A DNA stretch of 63,918 nucleotides, filler included, from Octopus bimaculoides (GCF_001194135.2; 9 parts of 9 records of this genome joined end to end with filler, not necessarily neighbours in it); one strand, 5' to 3'; shown: positions 49,561 through 62,096, counted from the whole stretch's first letter. Numbers and translations: made by a program. Notes: generated by a model not told the origin, from the letters alone.

Positions 49561-49835
49561 TTTCTTTTTAAACATTAACGTCTACTTATCTTTCTTCCTT
49601 TCTTTCACTTTCTATCTCTCTCTTTATCTCTCTCTCTCTCTCTCTCTCGATATTTGCCACTATTGTATTTATAGACAGATGTAAGTTCCTTGTCTAATAT
49701 ATATGTAAATACACTCACACGTTCGCATACATACATACATACATACATACATGCATGCATATACATGCATATACATACATACATACATACCTATGTTTAT
49801 ATATATTTATATACACATAAATATATACATAAATA

Positions 49836-49867
<32 letters not shown>

Positions 49868-50119
49868 NNNNNNNNNNNNNNNNNNNNNNNNNNNNNNNNN
49901 NNNNNNNNNNNTTAATTAATTAANNNNNNNNNNNNNNNNNNNNNNNNNNNNNNNNNNNNNNNNNNNNCTGGGCCATTGCGCCTCCACATTATTGATTGTA
50001 TCAAAGTTGTAATTAATGTTGTGAGTAGTTTTAAATAATAAAGAACAGTAGAATAGAGTTGTGTGCTCTTGTGTAGTGCAGAATGATTTGGTGTTGTGTG
50101 CTGTAAAATGATTAAACTG

Positions 50120-50450
50120 GACAAATAATCAAACACCCCTGTCACTGTTCTATAAAACTCATATCTTATAGAAGTTAGAATAATGTCTAACCTTTACACT
50201 TCCAACAATATTTTCGATAGTGAGGCCATTTAATACAATATACTTCAAGAAAATGGCAGCTTCAGAGAGAAAAATTCATACACTAAGCACATCTCACAAT
50301 CCGAATCCACGAAGAGATCCAAAAACATCAAGTGGTTTTGTTCCTTTTCCTTTCATGTTATGAGTAATATAGAAAAGGGTTTGCCTACCGCTGGATAAGC
50401 ATTTTCCAAAGAGTCATAGACACAAGAAACCTGCTACGGTTGTCTCAACA
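50120..50450 (+). mobile_element. Degenerate PLE RT-EN linker fragment
   Basis: RSKNIKWF..PF..MSNI...LDKHFPKSH matches the PLE R.IIWFNPP...TNIG..FL.LLDKHFP motif. Confidence 0.5.
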
Positions 50451-50545
50451 AAAAAACTGCTCATCTCATATAATTCTGTTTATGTGAGTGTGTGTTTGTA
50501 TGTCAAGTAATTGTGCATGATTCTCTTTCCATAATCTCTTTTCAG

Positions 50546-50670
50546 GATCCATCCGCGTTAAAAACACTACAAATCTAACAAATAACAGTTTTCATAACAG
50601 TACCGAAACAAAACAACAATTTCTGAACGTCACCACCGTTATCTTGACCAACTCGTTTACAATAATCACG
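50546..50670 (+). CDS. Internal coding exon of an unidentified, probably extracellular protein (phase 1 in, phase 0 out)
   Basis: Acceptor tctcttttcag|GA and donor ACG|gtaagc. Open frame (G)SIRVKNTTNLTNNSFHNSTETKQQFLNVTTVILTNSFTIIT, with phase matching the next exon. Confidence 0.7.
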
Positions 50671-50995
50671 GTAAGCCGAATATTCCAGAACATCATGAAC
50701 TGGACTGCTTTTTTGTTGTTGTTGTTGTTGTTTTGGGTCGGTTAATGTTTGGGCTTGGTAGTTAGTGTAGGAAAAGTGCGGTTTAGACATAGAATGTGTG
50801 ACAGGGAAGGTAACGGGAGGTGCTTTCGTGCGGTTGGTATGCAAATCGCTACTTTCGAGAGCATGGTGTTGTGGCAGCAGCAGAAGACGCAATAGGAGGA
50901 GATTTATGGGACCAAGTTTGGACTCCTTTTCTAAACCAATCAGTCGAATGAACCTAACGATACCCTGTATGTTAAACCATTTTTGTTCTTTCCAG

Positions 50996-51230
50996 GTGAC
51001 TGTCCAGTGTGGTGAGGTCACTATGTATGGTGCATATAATAACAGTCACCCAAGTCCGGCCAGCTACCACTACATGACCAATGCCACTGACATGAAACCG
51101 GGTAAAATATTGGTAGGTCAACCAACATCACTGTCTACGTTCTTCCTGGCGATAAATTCCAAGAAACGCTTTGATCTCAACTTCACACTTTGTAAGGCTG
51201 CTCACTATAACATCAGTATCAACACAATAG
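50996..51230 (+). CDS. Coding exon of the same gene (phase 0 in, phase 1 out)
   Basis: Acceptor tttttgttctttccag|GTG and donor ATAG|gtaagt. Open frame VTVQCGEVTMYGAYNNSHPSPASYHYMTNATDMKPGKILVGQPTSLSTFFLAINSKKRFDLNFTLCKAAHYNISINTI. Confidence 0.8.
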
Positions 51231-51297
51231 GTAAGTAGACTGAATTTGTTTCTTTATTATCAAAAATTATTCTGTATTTTTTCTATATCCTAACCAG

Positions 51298-51356
51298 GTG
51301 AGGAGAATGGTTGTAGTAGAATGGATGAAAGAGTAAATGTCACCAGCTATTTATAA
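51298..51356 (+). CDS. Probable terminal coding exon of the same gene
   Basis: 67-bp intron, acceptor ttttttctatatcctaaccag|GT, phase-compatible (G)EENGCSRMDERVNVTSYL-TAA. Confidence 0.55.
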
Positions 51357-51710
51357 CTGGGGATTTAGAATTGTAGGCGACTCACAAAGAAAAATGGGAA
51401 ATAACTTGAGAAAATTAAGAATTTAGAAAAAATTAAATTACTAAGGAGAAATATTATATTTGTTATTAGGTAAGTAGACAATTAAAGACATGTTTCGTAA
51501 TTTAATGGATTTCGTCAGCGAACTATTGTCAAATTCAGACCTATTTTGTTCATCCGAATTTTGCGACTGCAATAATTTGCTTAATTAAAATTAAATATGA
51601 TGATCTAAAGGAAATAACTCAATTTGACCAATAGCATGATTTCGGATAAATTATTTAATGGATGCTGTACCTAGTCACTGATGCAAACAGACAAGAAAGA
51701 TATTCAGTTC

Positions 51711-51716
51711 AATAAA
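51711..51716 (+). terminator. Candidate polyadenylation signal
   Basis: AATAAA about 355 bp after the stop, followed by T-rich sequence. The motif is common by chance in AT-rich DNA. Confidence 0.3.
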
Positions 51717-51789
51717 TTGAAATTGTCCTCTTATTCTTTTATTCTTTTGTGCGTTTGAGCCCAAAGACTGTGGCCATGTTAGAGCACCA

Positions 51790-52030
51790 CCAGTGTTATC
51801 ACCTTTTCAATGACCATTCATAATAACTGGCTTCTGATGAAGGTGGGTGTTCGTCATTGCTGTCCCCTTTTGACTTTCTTGCTGTGATGTGGGTTCATCT
51901 GGAACCTTAGACATTAGGAGCTCAAGTCGTCTCTGGGTTGGCTGCCGAAGAAGCTTTGGAAGAGGATCTGTAGAGGTTCTGTTAGAGTCCTTTCGCATTT
52001 CTTTGGGAGGATTGCTGGGAATCCATCAAN
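51790..52030 (-). mobile_element. CR1-group LINE fragment (RT N-terminal region)
   Basis: FPAILPKKCERTLTEPLQILFQS resembles the P..LLK.C...L..PL..LF..S motif. Confidence 0.5.
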
Positions 52031-52599
52031 NNNNNNNNNNNNNNNNNNNNNNNNNNNNNNNNNNNNNNNNNNNTTAATTAATTAANNNNNNNNNNNNNNN
52101 NNNNNNNNNNNNNNNNNNNNNNNNNNNNNTATTGTTAAAGCAGCAAAAACATCACAAAAAAAAACTGCTACCAGAGTTCCCGTTCGTCGGACAGTTTAGA
52201 TTGAGATTGGAACAAAATAAAGTCTGTGTGTATAAAATATACTATTTACATTGACAGATACACATTTGAAATTGATATTTTTTCATTGGTCCTTTCGACT
52301 AACGGTGTTTTCTAATCGATGATGATAGGTCTAAAATCGTATTATGTGAGATCGAAGAAGACAAATCAAAATCAAAATTTCAAAAAGAACTGTAGTTAGA
52401 AGGGAAAAATCATATATACCCAGAATAAATTAATTAATGATAAAATAAATTCAATTGAAAATAAATAAACATAAGTCTGTATTATACTAATATTCACTTA
52501 CATAAATCAAACGGCCTAAAAATAAACGCGCTGTAATTATACATATACTCACTAAAAAATATAAACGTATATATTAGAAATAAAGACCTGGATATTGAC

Positions 52600-53090
52600 A
52601 GGTAAAAATCGACAATATCGAACTGTGTAAATTTGTCTATTGAACTTGTTTAAAATAGAATCTAAAATATTTTTATTAATAATACCTATTTCTGTTTTAG
52701 CTGGGCTGATAAGTTTACATTTGGGGTTTCTACTGAAATTAGTCTTGTGGTCCTTAAGAGTAATAAAGGGATGGCGTGGGGAAAGGTATTCTATCCTATC
52801 ACTAACTTTAAGATTGTTAGCGATCCTTCTTGTTTCGATATTCACCTCTTTATATAAATTCGTATTATCGTTTTTGTGTCAGTAACGCAATTCGAAAGAA
52901 GTCGTTTCTAAAGATCTTTCTCAACCGCGTATAAATTTCTTGTTTTATCGGAGCTTACGAAAATCTTATCCGAATTCTTTATATATCTAATCTGTTCTTC
53001 CATATCTCTTTAGAGCGAATTGCTGAATTTACGGAATTTTATTTTTCTAATAAGCTCGAAAAGGTCTTTTTCGAAAGCTTTCAATTCCAA
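52600..53090 (-). mobile_element. Penelope RT N-terminal relic
   Basis: LKAFEKDLFELIRKIKFR...KIFVSSDKTRNLY, and PFITLKDHKTNFSRNPKCKLISPAKTEIGII. Confidence 0.85.
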
Positions 53091-53623
53091 GAGAGGTGGT
53101 GGGTTCTTAGAACACTCCACCCATGCTTTCCCCATTCTTGCCTTCCCCTTCCCCACTTCCCAACTCCCACCTCTCAAAACCCTCACATCACACCACGCTA
53201 CACCATATCACACAACACATCACTTCACAACACCCCTCCACGCACACACCAGCACTGACCAATTCCCCCCTCCCACATTTTCACGCCTTCACACCTACAG
53301 ACACACGTACGTTAAGATCACCAGCATTCTCTCACATACACGCAGCTTCTCGTCTTGGGTTCACTACTTCTTTGTTATTTCCCCTTTTTCTTAGCTCTCC
53401 TGTGTGATCCTTCTGTCCGGCATTCGCCATGATAGATCGCTGACCACTACATTTATAGATTTTTTCTCCTTGTTTCTCTCCTTATTTCTTTCTGTGTTCC
53501 TTTCAGTTGAAGAGCGTAGGCTCGAAACGTCAAAGACTTTCTCTATTCCCGAGCGTTAAAGTAATCCATCCATTTGTTGTTTACACCACCTGTCTTCGTC
53601 TGTTGTTTTTTTCGTAAATTCTC

Positions 53624-53630
<7 letters not shown>
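53090..53630 (+). mobile_element. PLE-type C/A-rich 3' UTR followed by the family 1 pseudo-LTR (copy 4), ending in (TA)n
   Basis: CACACGTACGTTAAGATCACCAGC (about 53303) parallels CACACGTAAAAGTCACTAGC on the minus strand of 35-55. 53425-53630 matches the other three copies. Confidence 0.75.
53499..53536 (+). ncRNA. Minimal hammerhead-like motif, variant core CAGUUGA, GUC site
   Basis: CUUU-CAGUUGA-A-GAGC(GUAG)GCUC-GAAAC-GUC-AAAG. Confidence 0.55.
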
Positions 53631-53660
<30 letters not shown>

Positions 53661-54117
53661 CATACGTTTATGCTTATCTGTATATTTGTATGCATGTTTA
53701 CACGTGTGTTACTATTGTATATATGTATTTGCTTAAGTGAGTATGTATGTATATCTCATGTGTGCATTCGCAGGCTTGGCTTTTATGCCTAATGTTTAGA
53801 TGTAGCTTTTCCTTACTATTCGTTCCTTTTCCCTTTCATCCTCAGTTTTCCTTGTAAGATATTTTACTGAACGCAGTTATATCCTCTCTTGTTCTATCTT
53901 TATTTTTTCTCTCTTTCTTTCTTTTTCCTCCATTCTACCACTTCTTTATTTTCCAACCACCATTTCTTATTCTTATTCTGATTCTTTCTAACGTGTAGCA
54001 ATGGAGTTGCGACTTCATAACATACGCACGAAGACGTATGATGTGTATATATATGTGTGTGCGTAATTACCTATATATACATTAGTATATATATATTTAT
54101 ATGTGTATGCTTGTAAA

Positions 54118-54800
54118 TATATTACCTATATTAAAACTAATATAGGTAATATAAACTTTTTCTACCTAATATAGGTAGAAAATTCTTGAAACTAGTTTCT
54201 AGGCACTTTCAAGAAAACCATAAGTTCTATAGAATTTTTAATAGAAGAACGCTTAAGATTAGCTATTCTTGTTGCCTCTAATTAATCGGCACAACACTAA
54301 AACTATTAGAAGCAACCACAATGCCAAAAATAACCAAAAAATTGCAATTGTAAAGATCAAAGTTGCTGTCCGTTAGGAGGAATTTGTCTAGAGAAGGGAA
54401 TTATTTATAGAGCTAAAGTACAAATTGACGGCTCAGAAGAATACAAAACATATTCAGGAGCTTCGGAGAATTCCGTTAAGACTAGATTATATTCCCATCG
54501 AAATTCATATTTCCGTACCCCGAGAATAGGACAGCAACGAATCTTGCTAAACTTGTCTGGCATTTAATAGAAAATGATACCTGTCTTTTCAATATCAGCT
54601 GGACGATCTTGGAAAAAGCTGCACCACATAAGCATGGAGCATATAGATGCCCTATGAGATGCAACTTGTGCCTGACCGAGAAGCCTTTCCTCCTGTTTCA
54701 GGATAAAAAAGCATTGAACAAAAGACGGGAACTTTTGAATTCCTGCAGATATGCTACGTGGTATAAAATATCGTTTGATAAAATACCATACGGATAATAA
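54118..54800 (+). mobile_element. 5'-truncated Penelope element: linker plus GIY-YIG endonuclease, followed by a T-rich UTR to about 55400
   Basis: TNIGRKFLKLVSRHF, LKISYSC, CNCKDQSCCPLGGICLEKGIIYRA, KTYSGASENSVKTRLYSH and CNLCLTEK...LNKRRELLNSCR. Confidence 0.9.
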
Positions 54801-55223
54801 TAATATTTGAGTTCCGCATTTGATTTTGGCTTTACCACAAAAAAGCAGGCATCATTTTGTATAATATCGCCTTTAAATTTTACATTCTACATTTTTCGAC
54901 CTACAAGAAAACCTTCGACTGTTTACAATCTTCTATTTTTATTTTATTTCAATTTTCATTGTCTTTTTGTAACCGTTACTTTTAAAGGCAGCTTTATGAG
55001 CCGTTTGATTGTTTTTTTTTTATAATGCAATGTAGCCCATTATATACTTAACAATTTTGATTTTTATTGTACATCTTAAAGCCCTTTTGCAATCGCCTAA
55101 TGTGTTGTATAGTTATCGCGTATTTACAGCCAAAATGTGTTTTTTAGAGACATCGAACACCAAAATGGATTTGTTTTATTTTATTTTATTCTTTATCATA
55201 ACTTTATTATTATTATAATTATA

Positions 55224-55259
<36 letters not shown>

Positions 55260-55565
55260 GCTTACTTACTTACTTCCATTGCATTTATTTATCATTTTTA
55301 TTATCTTTGATCGTTATACGATGGTGATGACAGAGCTTTAATGAGCTTAGTAAAAAAGCTTTTGACGATTTTCGGCAGTCACTAAGTTTTCTTGTTTAAA
55401 CTTCGCCGAGGCCAGAATTTATATTATATTATATTATCACACTATTAATTTAATTATATTATTGATTTTTTTCAATCCAAAGTGTGAAGTTAGCTATTTT
55501 AATATTCAATATGCCAGACAAGCTGTTTTAAATATACTCGTGTGCGTATATGCGTTTGTTTTACG

Positions 55566-55603
<38 letters not shown>

Positions 55604-55704
55604 NNNNNNNNNNNNNNNNNNNNNNNNNNNNNNNNNNNNNNNNNNNNTTAATTAATTAANNNNNNNNNNNNNNNNNNNNNNNNNNNNNNNNNNNNNNNNN
55701 NNNT

Positions 55705-55970
55705 TATAAAAATAAAACTACTGAACAATAATAATAATAATAATAATAATGTCGAGGCGTTGAGTTGGTTGTATCATCAGCAAACCGGACTAAATGCTTA
55801 GCGATGTTTCATCCGTCTTTACGTTCTAAGATCAAATTCCGCCGATGTTGATTTTGCCTGTCATCCTTTCTGGGTCGATAAAAGAAGTACCAGTGATACA
55901 CTGGCGTTGAGCTAATCGACTTTCCTCCAGCCCCAAAATTGCCTGCCTTGTGTCTAAATTCAGAACCAAT
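55705..55970 (+). mobile_element. RLE-LINE 3' tail (TTATAAAAATAAAACTACTGAACAATAAT) followed by a family C SINE
   Basis: The tail is identical to the end of 62095-62260. Family C motifs lie at 55790-55900. Confidence 0.7.
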
Positions 55971-56128
55971 ATTTCATAATGTCACCAGTCAATACGGTTA
56001 GCCAGCCATTATAGCCGAATCGAAAACAAGGCCTTTATGGTCTGTTCCGCTAATTTGGGATCACATCTTATATTTTTTTAATATCATTTCCTTGCATTCA
56101 TATCAACCTGATTGAATTACAACGATTC

Positions 56129-56173
<45 letters not shown>

Positions 56174-56183
56174 NNNNNNNNNN

Positions 56184-56215
<32 letters not shown>

Positions 56216-56384
56216 CACGCACACACACACACTACTTTATAATATCTCTCGCCTGATAAACGATAGCACATAGATATATCAAGGCTCTAACATAAACGTT
56301 GAAAAAGAAAGAGAGGGTGAATTTCTCATAACTTTACATATCTAACACGTAAAATATACACATGCAACACAAACCATAATGACA

Positions 56385-56407
56385 ATTCTCTCTCTCTCTC
56401 TCTCTCA

Positions 56408-56467
<60 letters not shown>

Positions 56468-56745
56468 ATATCTAAGTATCTATCTAATTGTTTGTCTGTC
56501 TGTCTATATGTCTGTCTATCTATATATCTGTCGGTCTGTCTATCTATATTTCTGTCTTTCTATCTAGATGTCTATCTGTCTATCTATCTATATATCTGTC
56601 TGTCTATCTATCTATATGTCTATGTGTCTGTCTGTCTGTCTGTCTGCATATATATCCATCTATCTACCTATCTATCTATCTATCTACCTACCTATCTATC
56701 TATCAATCAATCTATCTATCTATCTATCTATCTGTCTATCTAATT
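56385..56745. repeat. Compound (CT)n/(TCTA)n/(TCTG)n microsatellite
   Basis: Direct reading of the sequence. Confidence 0.95.
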
Positions 56746-58308
56746 TACATTTATATTTTTCCCAAGCCAATTCACAACAGAAGTATTTCCATTCTATATT
56801 GCATTTAAGAGAATTAAGTATTGTAATACTCAAACACAATTAGTTACAATTCAACCCCAATGTTTTTTTGCTTACCAGAAATAGGAGGAAGTAAATTGCG
56901 ATTTTCCTTAAAAGTTTGATAACGAGATAAATATTGCTACCGAACCTGTGGGTAATTATGTCGTCCATTATTGTTTAGAATTCATATCACAATTGGTAGG
57001 GAAAACTGAAAAGACTAGACAGAATAAAGAAGAGGTTCCTACGTAGTTACTCTACTGCCAAATATAAATGGAAAGGACAGCAAAATCTCTCTTAAATATA
57101 TCATACATGCGATACCTTCTTTAAAACGGAGTGCTCGGTGTAACGCCGTTATAGGTACAGTTTGCGACGGCCATGGATTGAAATACCTTAGGTCACGTGG
57201 TTTGCTCGGTGATGGCTGATCCATGGCAGAGAAGAGCAACATTTTCACAAGTTTGCCAATTCAGTAAAACACGTGAACGCTGATATCTCCAACAATAAAT
57301 AACGCAGGGGAACACTGATGATTTGTATTATTCTCTAGTTGACTAAGACATTCAGAGTGTATTAAACATTAGGTAGAACTTACCTACAAATTTACAAACA
57401 TCATATAATTCCCCGGCTGCATTCTTCTACTTAAATATATAACAACCCTTGTTTATCTTGAAAATTATTAGTAAACGCTGCATTCCCCATTCAGCAGGAA
57501 ATTAGTGTGTGTATATTATCTTCCTCTTTTTGTAAACTTTATCTCATTCTCCCTATTTTTCTCACAGACACAGATACATATATTCATTTCGTGTTTCGTT
57601 TTTTTTTTTCCTTAAATATGATTTTACACATAACCCTGGCAGCAGAATATATTTATATGATTTCCTCATGCATTTAAACCCGATTTCTATTGGCAATTCA
57701 GGTACCGGAAATATATTTATACTATATTCGACATGAATATTTTCAGAAATATGTGTAAAAAAAAAAAAAGCCAAAAAAAAAAAAACCCAACTGACAGACA
57801 TACAAACAACCAAAAGCAAACATACAGAAATCAAAGAGCGAAAACCATCAAGAAGAAGAAAACATTGTGATTTCCTTCAAGTTTACTTGAAGTATATCAC
57901 GAGAAAGTATAATTCAATTTTGGTTCTCCAAGTTGTATAAGATACCAGCTTTTATTCTAAACAATATTTATAATGCTTCCAGCAATAGAATATAGTGCAA
58001 AACTGTCTCAGGAAGATCTTCTTCTTCAGATATCATGCTGCAGCCGTTCCTCGCCATATGTTCAAGTCACACAGTTATTTGGGAAAGTATCAAACACATT
58101 TCAATTTTGTTTACTGTGTAAGATAGGATTTCGGGATTCTGTTTAGCCGTGTAATTCTATAGCAGTAATTTACGTCTGCTTTCACCGCGGGTCATTTTAT
58201 AAACTGTTNNNNNNNNNNNNNNNNNNNNNNNNNNNNNNNNNNNNNNNNNNNNTTAATTAATTAANNNNNNNNNNNNNNNNNNNNNNNNNNNNNNNNNNNN
58301 NNNNNNNN

Positions 58309-58329
<21 letters not shown>

Positions 58330-58342
<13 letters not shown>

Positions 58343-58640
58343 TTTGTGTGTCTGTGTTTGTCCCCCACCATCGCTTGACAACCGATGATGGTGTGTTTAC
58401 GTCCCCCTAACTCAGCGACTCGGTAAAAGTGATCCATAGAATGAGTACTAGGCTTACAAAGAATAGGTCTATATATATACAACGGCTTCTCTCAGTTTCC
58501 GTCTATCAAATCCACTCAGAAGGTTTTGGTCGGCCCGAGGCTATAGTAGAAGACATTTGCCCAAGGTGCCACGTAGTGGGACTGAACCTAGAACCATGTG
58601 GTTGGGAAGCAAGCTTCTTACCACACAGCCATTCCTGCAC
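58330..58640. mobile_element. Family A SINE with its two halves in opposite orientation
   Basis: 58340-58468 is the 3' half on +. 58470-58640 is the 5' half on -. Confidence 0.75.
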
Positions 58641-58844
58641 CCATATATTACATATGTATATACATCATTTTTCTGTTTTATTCATCCAGGTGATGCTAAG
58701 GTGACCAAGCCACCAATCAAGTCGTCAGATGCTATAAATAAATTAAAGAATCAAGTTGTTGGCGGTTACTTCATTGTTAATCTCATTCAATCGGAAGTAA
58801 GTAGCTGGATTACGTTGCTGTTGGTTTTGTTCGTAATCGTTGCT

Positions 58845-59267
58845 TAGCGGCATTTCGCCTAAGTTCTGAGTTCAAATTCCACCGAGGTCGACTTTACCTT
58901 TCAACATTTCGGTATCGATAAATTAAGTACCTGCTGCGTACTGGGATCGATCTAATCGACTGGCCCCCTCACCCAAAATTTCGGGCCTTGTACCTAGACT
59001 AGAAAAGTCTGCGAGCTGACAGAAACGTTAGCTAAGCGAAATGCTTAAAGGTATTTCGTCTGTCTTTACGTTCTGAGTTCAAATTCCGCCGAGGTCGACT
59101 TTGCCTTTCATCATTTCGGGGTCGATAAATTAAGTACCAGTTGCGTACTGGGTCGATCTAATCTACTAACCCCCTCCCCCCAAATTTCGGACTTTGTGCT
59201 TAGAATAGAAAAGATTATAATAATAATAATAATAATAATAATAATTATTATTATTATTATCATTATT

Positions 59268-59366
<99 letters not shown>

Positions 59367-59585
59367 GTGGCAAGTTGGCAGAATCGTTAGCACGCTGGGC
59401 GAAATGCTTAGCGGTATTTCACCAATCGCTACGTTCTGAGTTCAAGTTCTACCGAGGTTGACTTTGTCTTTCATCCTTTCGGGGTCGATAAATTAAGTAC
59501 CAGTGAAACACTGGGGTTGACGTACTCGACTAATCCTCTCCCCCAAATTTCAGGCCTGTAGGTACACTATAGCAGAAAGGATTAT
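58845..59585 (+). mobile_element. Three family C SINEs in tandem, separated by an (AAT)n array
   Basis: GTTCTGAGTTCAA occurs near 58863, 59070 and 59434. Confidence 0.85.
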
Positions 59586-59589
59586 TGTT

Positions 59590-61133
59590 GTTGTTATCAT
59601 TATCATTCAGCAGTCTTATTTTTATCACGTGCTTTAACTGCACTACCAAGCGCAGCTCTGTGTGCCTTGAATATGTGCTGTAGTTTGTTATAGTGATCTT
59701 ATTTTTACTCTACTGAATGTGTCTTACGTAAGATGTGCGCGGTGTCTAGTAGTGCTATTTTCGTAAGTCCCGGTGTTTTGGCTATGTATTTGTCTGAATG
59801 TTGTTTTTATCACACCTAGTACACCTACTATTATAGGAATTGTTTCTGTCTTTTGGCTCCACATTCGAGTTACCTCTATTTCCAGATCTTTGTACTTTGA
59901 GAGTTTCGCCGTTTGTTTTAGAGATACGTTGTCATCTGTTGGTCTTGATATATCGATTAGATAGGTGATCCCTGACAACTATATCCCGTCTATTAGCCTT
60001 GATTTCTCTATCTGTTTGTACTGGCATATCCTCATTTTCTGAGACCTCTTCTGGGGTGTGCCTATACCATCTTTTTTCCGTTGTCATTTCATAGTGTTGG
60101 TATAGCTTCCAGTGTATATAGGTCCCGACTCTGTCGTGTCTGTGAATATATTCCTTCTTAGCCAGAACTGGGCAGCCAGAGACATTATGATTTATTGTTT
60201 CTTCTCCAGCACCAATTATTCTGCAGTTACTTGTATTTTTTTAATCATGTGTTTTCGGTGATTTCTGGTGGGAAGGCTTTGATCTTATGCTGCAATTAAA
60301 AATCTTTCAGTCTCTGTTTTGAGTCTTGAGTTTCTTAACCGTTGTTGGGATTTTACTTTGTCTATTTCTTTTCTGTTTAGCTTAACACAATATTTGCCAT
60401 GTAGTGGCATTTCTTGCCATCGTTTTATCACGGTACGGTTTTGTTTCAGTTTTAGTTTGGATTTTAGTCGTTTTACAGCTTTTGTTGTTTCTTCTTTTTC
60501 TTCATAGTTGTCAGGTACATTGACTTCTTTATATTTTTCAGCTCCTTTAAAGACAGAAAGCAATTTTTTTTGTTTTGCTCGTGTTTTGTGTCTATTTGTA
60601 CCAGCTTTCCTTGCTTCTGAATTAGGTACTTCTGTAATCCTAAGGTGGTTATTTTATAACAGTTTTCTAGCTCTATAAGGCCTCTACCATCTTCAATACG
60701 TTGTATATATAATCTTTCTATGTATATATAACCACTCTGCATCCTACATTCTAATTATTTTTCCTGTTTTCCTGTTTAGTTTGATTAGTTCATTTAGAGT
60801 CCAGTTAAGAATATTGTAACTGTAACTTATAACTGGGACGGCTAGTGTGTTGATATCTATTATCTTGTTTTTCGCATTGAGGTCTGTTTTCAGCATTAAT
60901 CTGACTTAGTCTATAGTATTCCTTTCTTATCTTTTCTTTCATATGTGTGTGTAGTATCGTTTCTAGTTCATTGATTCTTAACTATTTGTATGTCTGGCTT
61001 TGGTCTAATTCTCTTATTTCATTTGCTTTATCCAGTGTGATTTTGTTATTCTTAACTAGTTTTTCCCTTTTAAAGGTTGCTTTGGCACATTTTCCTAAGC
61101 CAAATTTCATGTTTATTTTTTTGGTAAATGCAC

Positions 61134-61135
<2 letters not shown>
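59590..61135 (-). mobile_element. 5'-truncated R4/Dong-like non-LTR retrotransposon (RT end, CCHC knuckle, restriction-like endonuclease)
   Basis: MKFGLGKCAK, YKYL, RLYIQRIEDGRGLIELE, WQEMPLHGKY, ETINHNVSGCPVLAKKEYIHRHDRVG and LIDISRPTDDNVSLKQTAKLSKYKDLEIEVTRMW. Flanked by TAA/CAA repeats on both sides. Confidence 0.88.
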
Positions 61136-61225
<90 letters not shown>

Positions 61226-61254
61226 CATTATTATTATCATCATCATCATCATCA

Positions 61255-61322
<68 letters not shown>

Positions 61323-61324
61323 GT

Positions 61325-61540
61325 CAAGGCAACAAGCTGGTAGAATCGTTAGCACGCTGGGCAAAATGCCCTGCGGCGTTTCGTCCGTCTTAACGTTCTG
61401 AGTTCAAACTATGCTGAGGTCAACTTTGCCTTTAATCTTTCAGGGCTCGATAAAATAAGTATCAGATGAGTACTGGGGTCGAAGTAATCGATTTACCCCT
61501 CCCTCGAAATTGCTGTCCTTGAGTCATAATTTGAAACTTA
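61325..61540 (+). mobile_element. Family C SINE
   Basis: GGCAACAAGCTGGTAGAATCGTTAGCACGCTGGGC...GTTCTGAGTTCAAA. Confidence 0.8.
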
Positions 61541-61558
61541 ATAATAATAATGTTAACG

Positions 61559-61596
<38 letters not shown>

Positions 61597-61639
61597 AACA
61601 ACAAAAATAAAAGTAACAATAATTGCGTTCAGATACTCT

Positions 61640-61964
61640 AAAAGGGTTTGTGAACAACTGTGGCGAATTGAAGTGGGAAATATGCAGGTTATGGACAATG
61701 AAGAAAGTGGAGATGATAACAAAAGTGATTGGTGCGCATGAAAGTATCGACGCTCAACTACCAACGTGATTCAAAGAGATTGGTACAAATGTAAAGATAG
61801 AAGACCTACAAAAATTAGCATTGCTTGAAATTGCAAGACTTCTCCGCAGAGTTCTTGAAGCATGTTCAGTAAACAAGTGTTACCTTAGTCTGATGGCTGT
61901 GGGCATCTGACACTTTCCATCATACCCAGCAAAATAAGCCGAGAGTTTTTATCAAATAATAATC

Positions 61965-61990
<26 letters not shown>
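61640..61990 (+). mobile_element. RLE-LINE 3' end (second family) with an (AAT)n tail
   Basis: WTMKKVEMITKVIGA...LQKLALLEIARLLRRVLEA. Confidence 0.7.
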
Positions 61991-62007
<17 letters not shown>

Positions 62008-62023
62008 CAACAACAACAACAAC

Positions 62024-62094
<71 letters not shown>

Positions 62095-62096
<2 letters not shown>

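Noticed and set aside
55320-55370. Possible hammerhead relic at the end of the 54-kb Penelope (TAATGA-GCTT..AAGC)
   Set aside because: Both core strands are missing or mutated and there is no GAAA.
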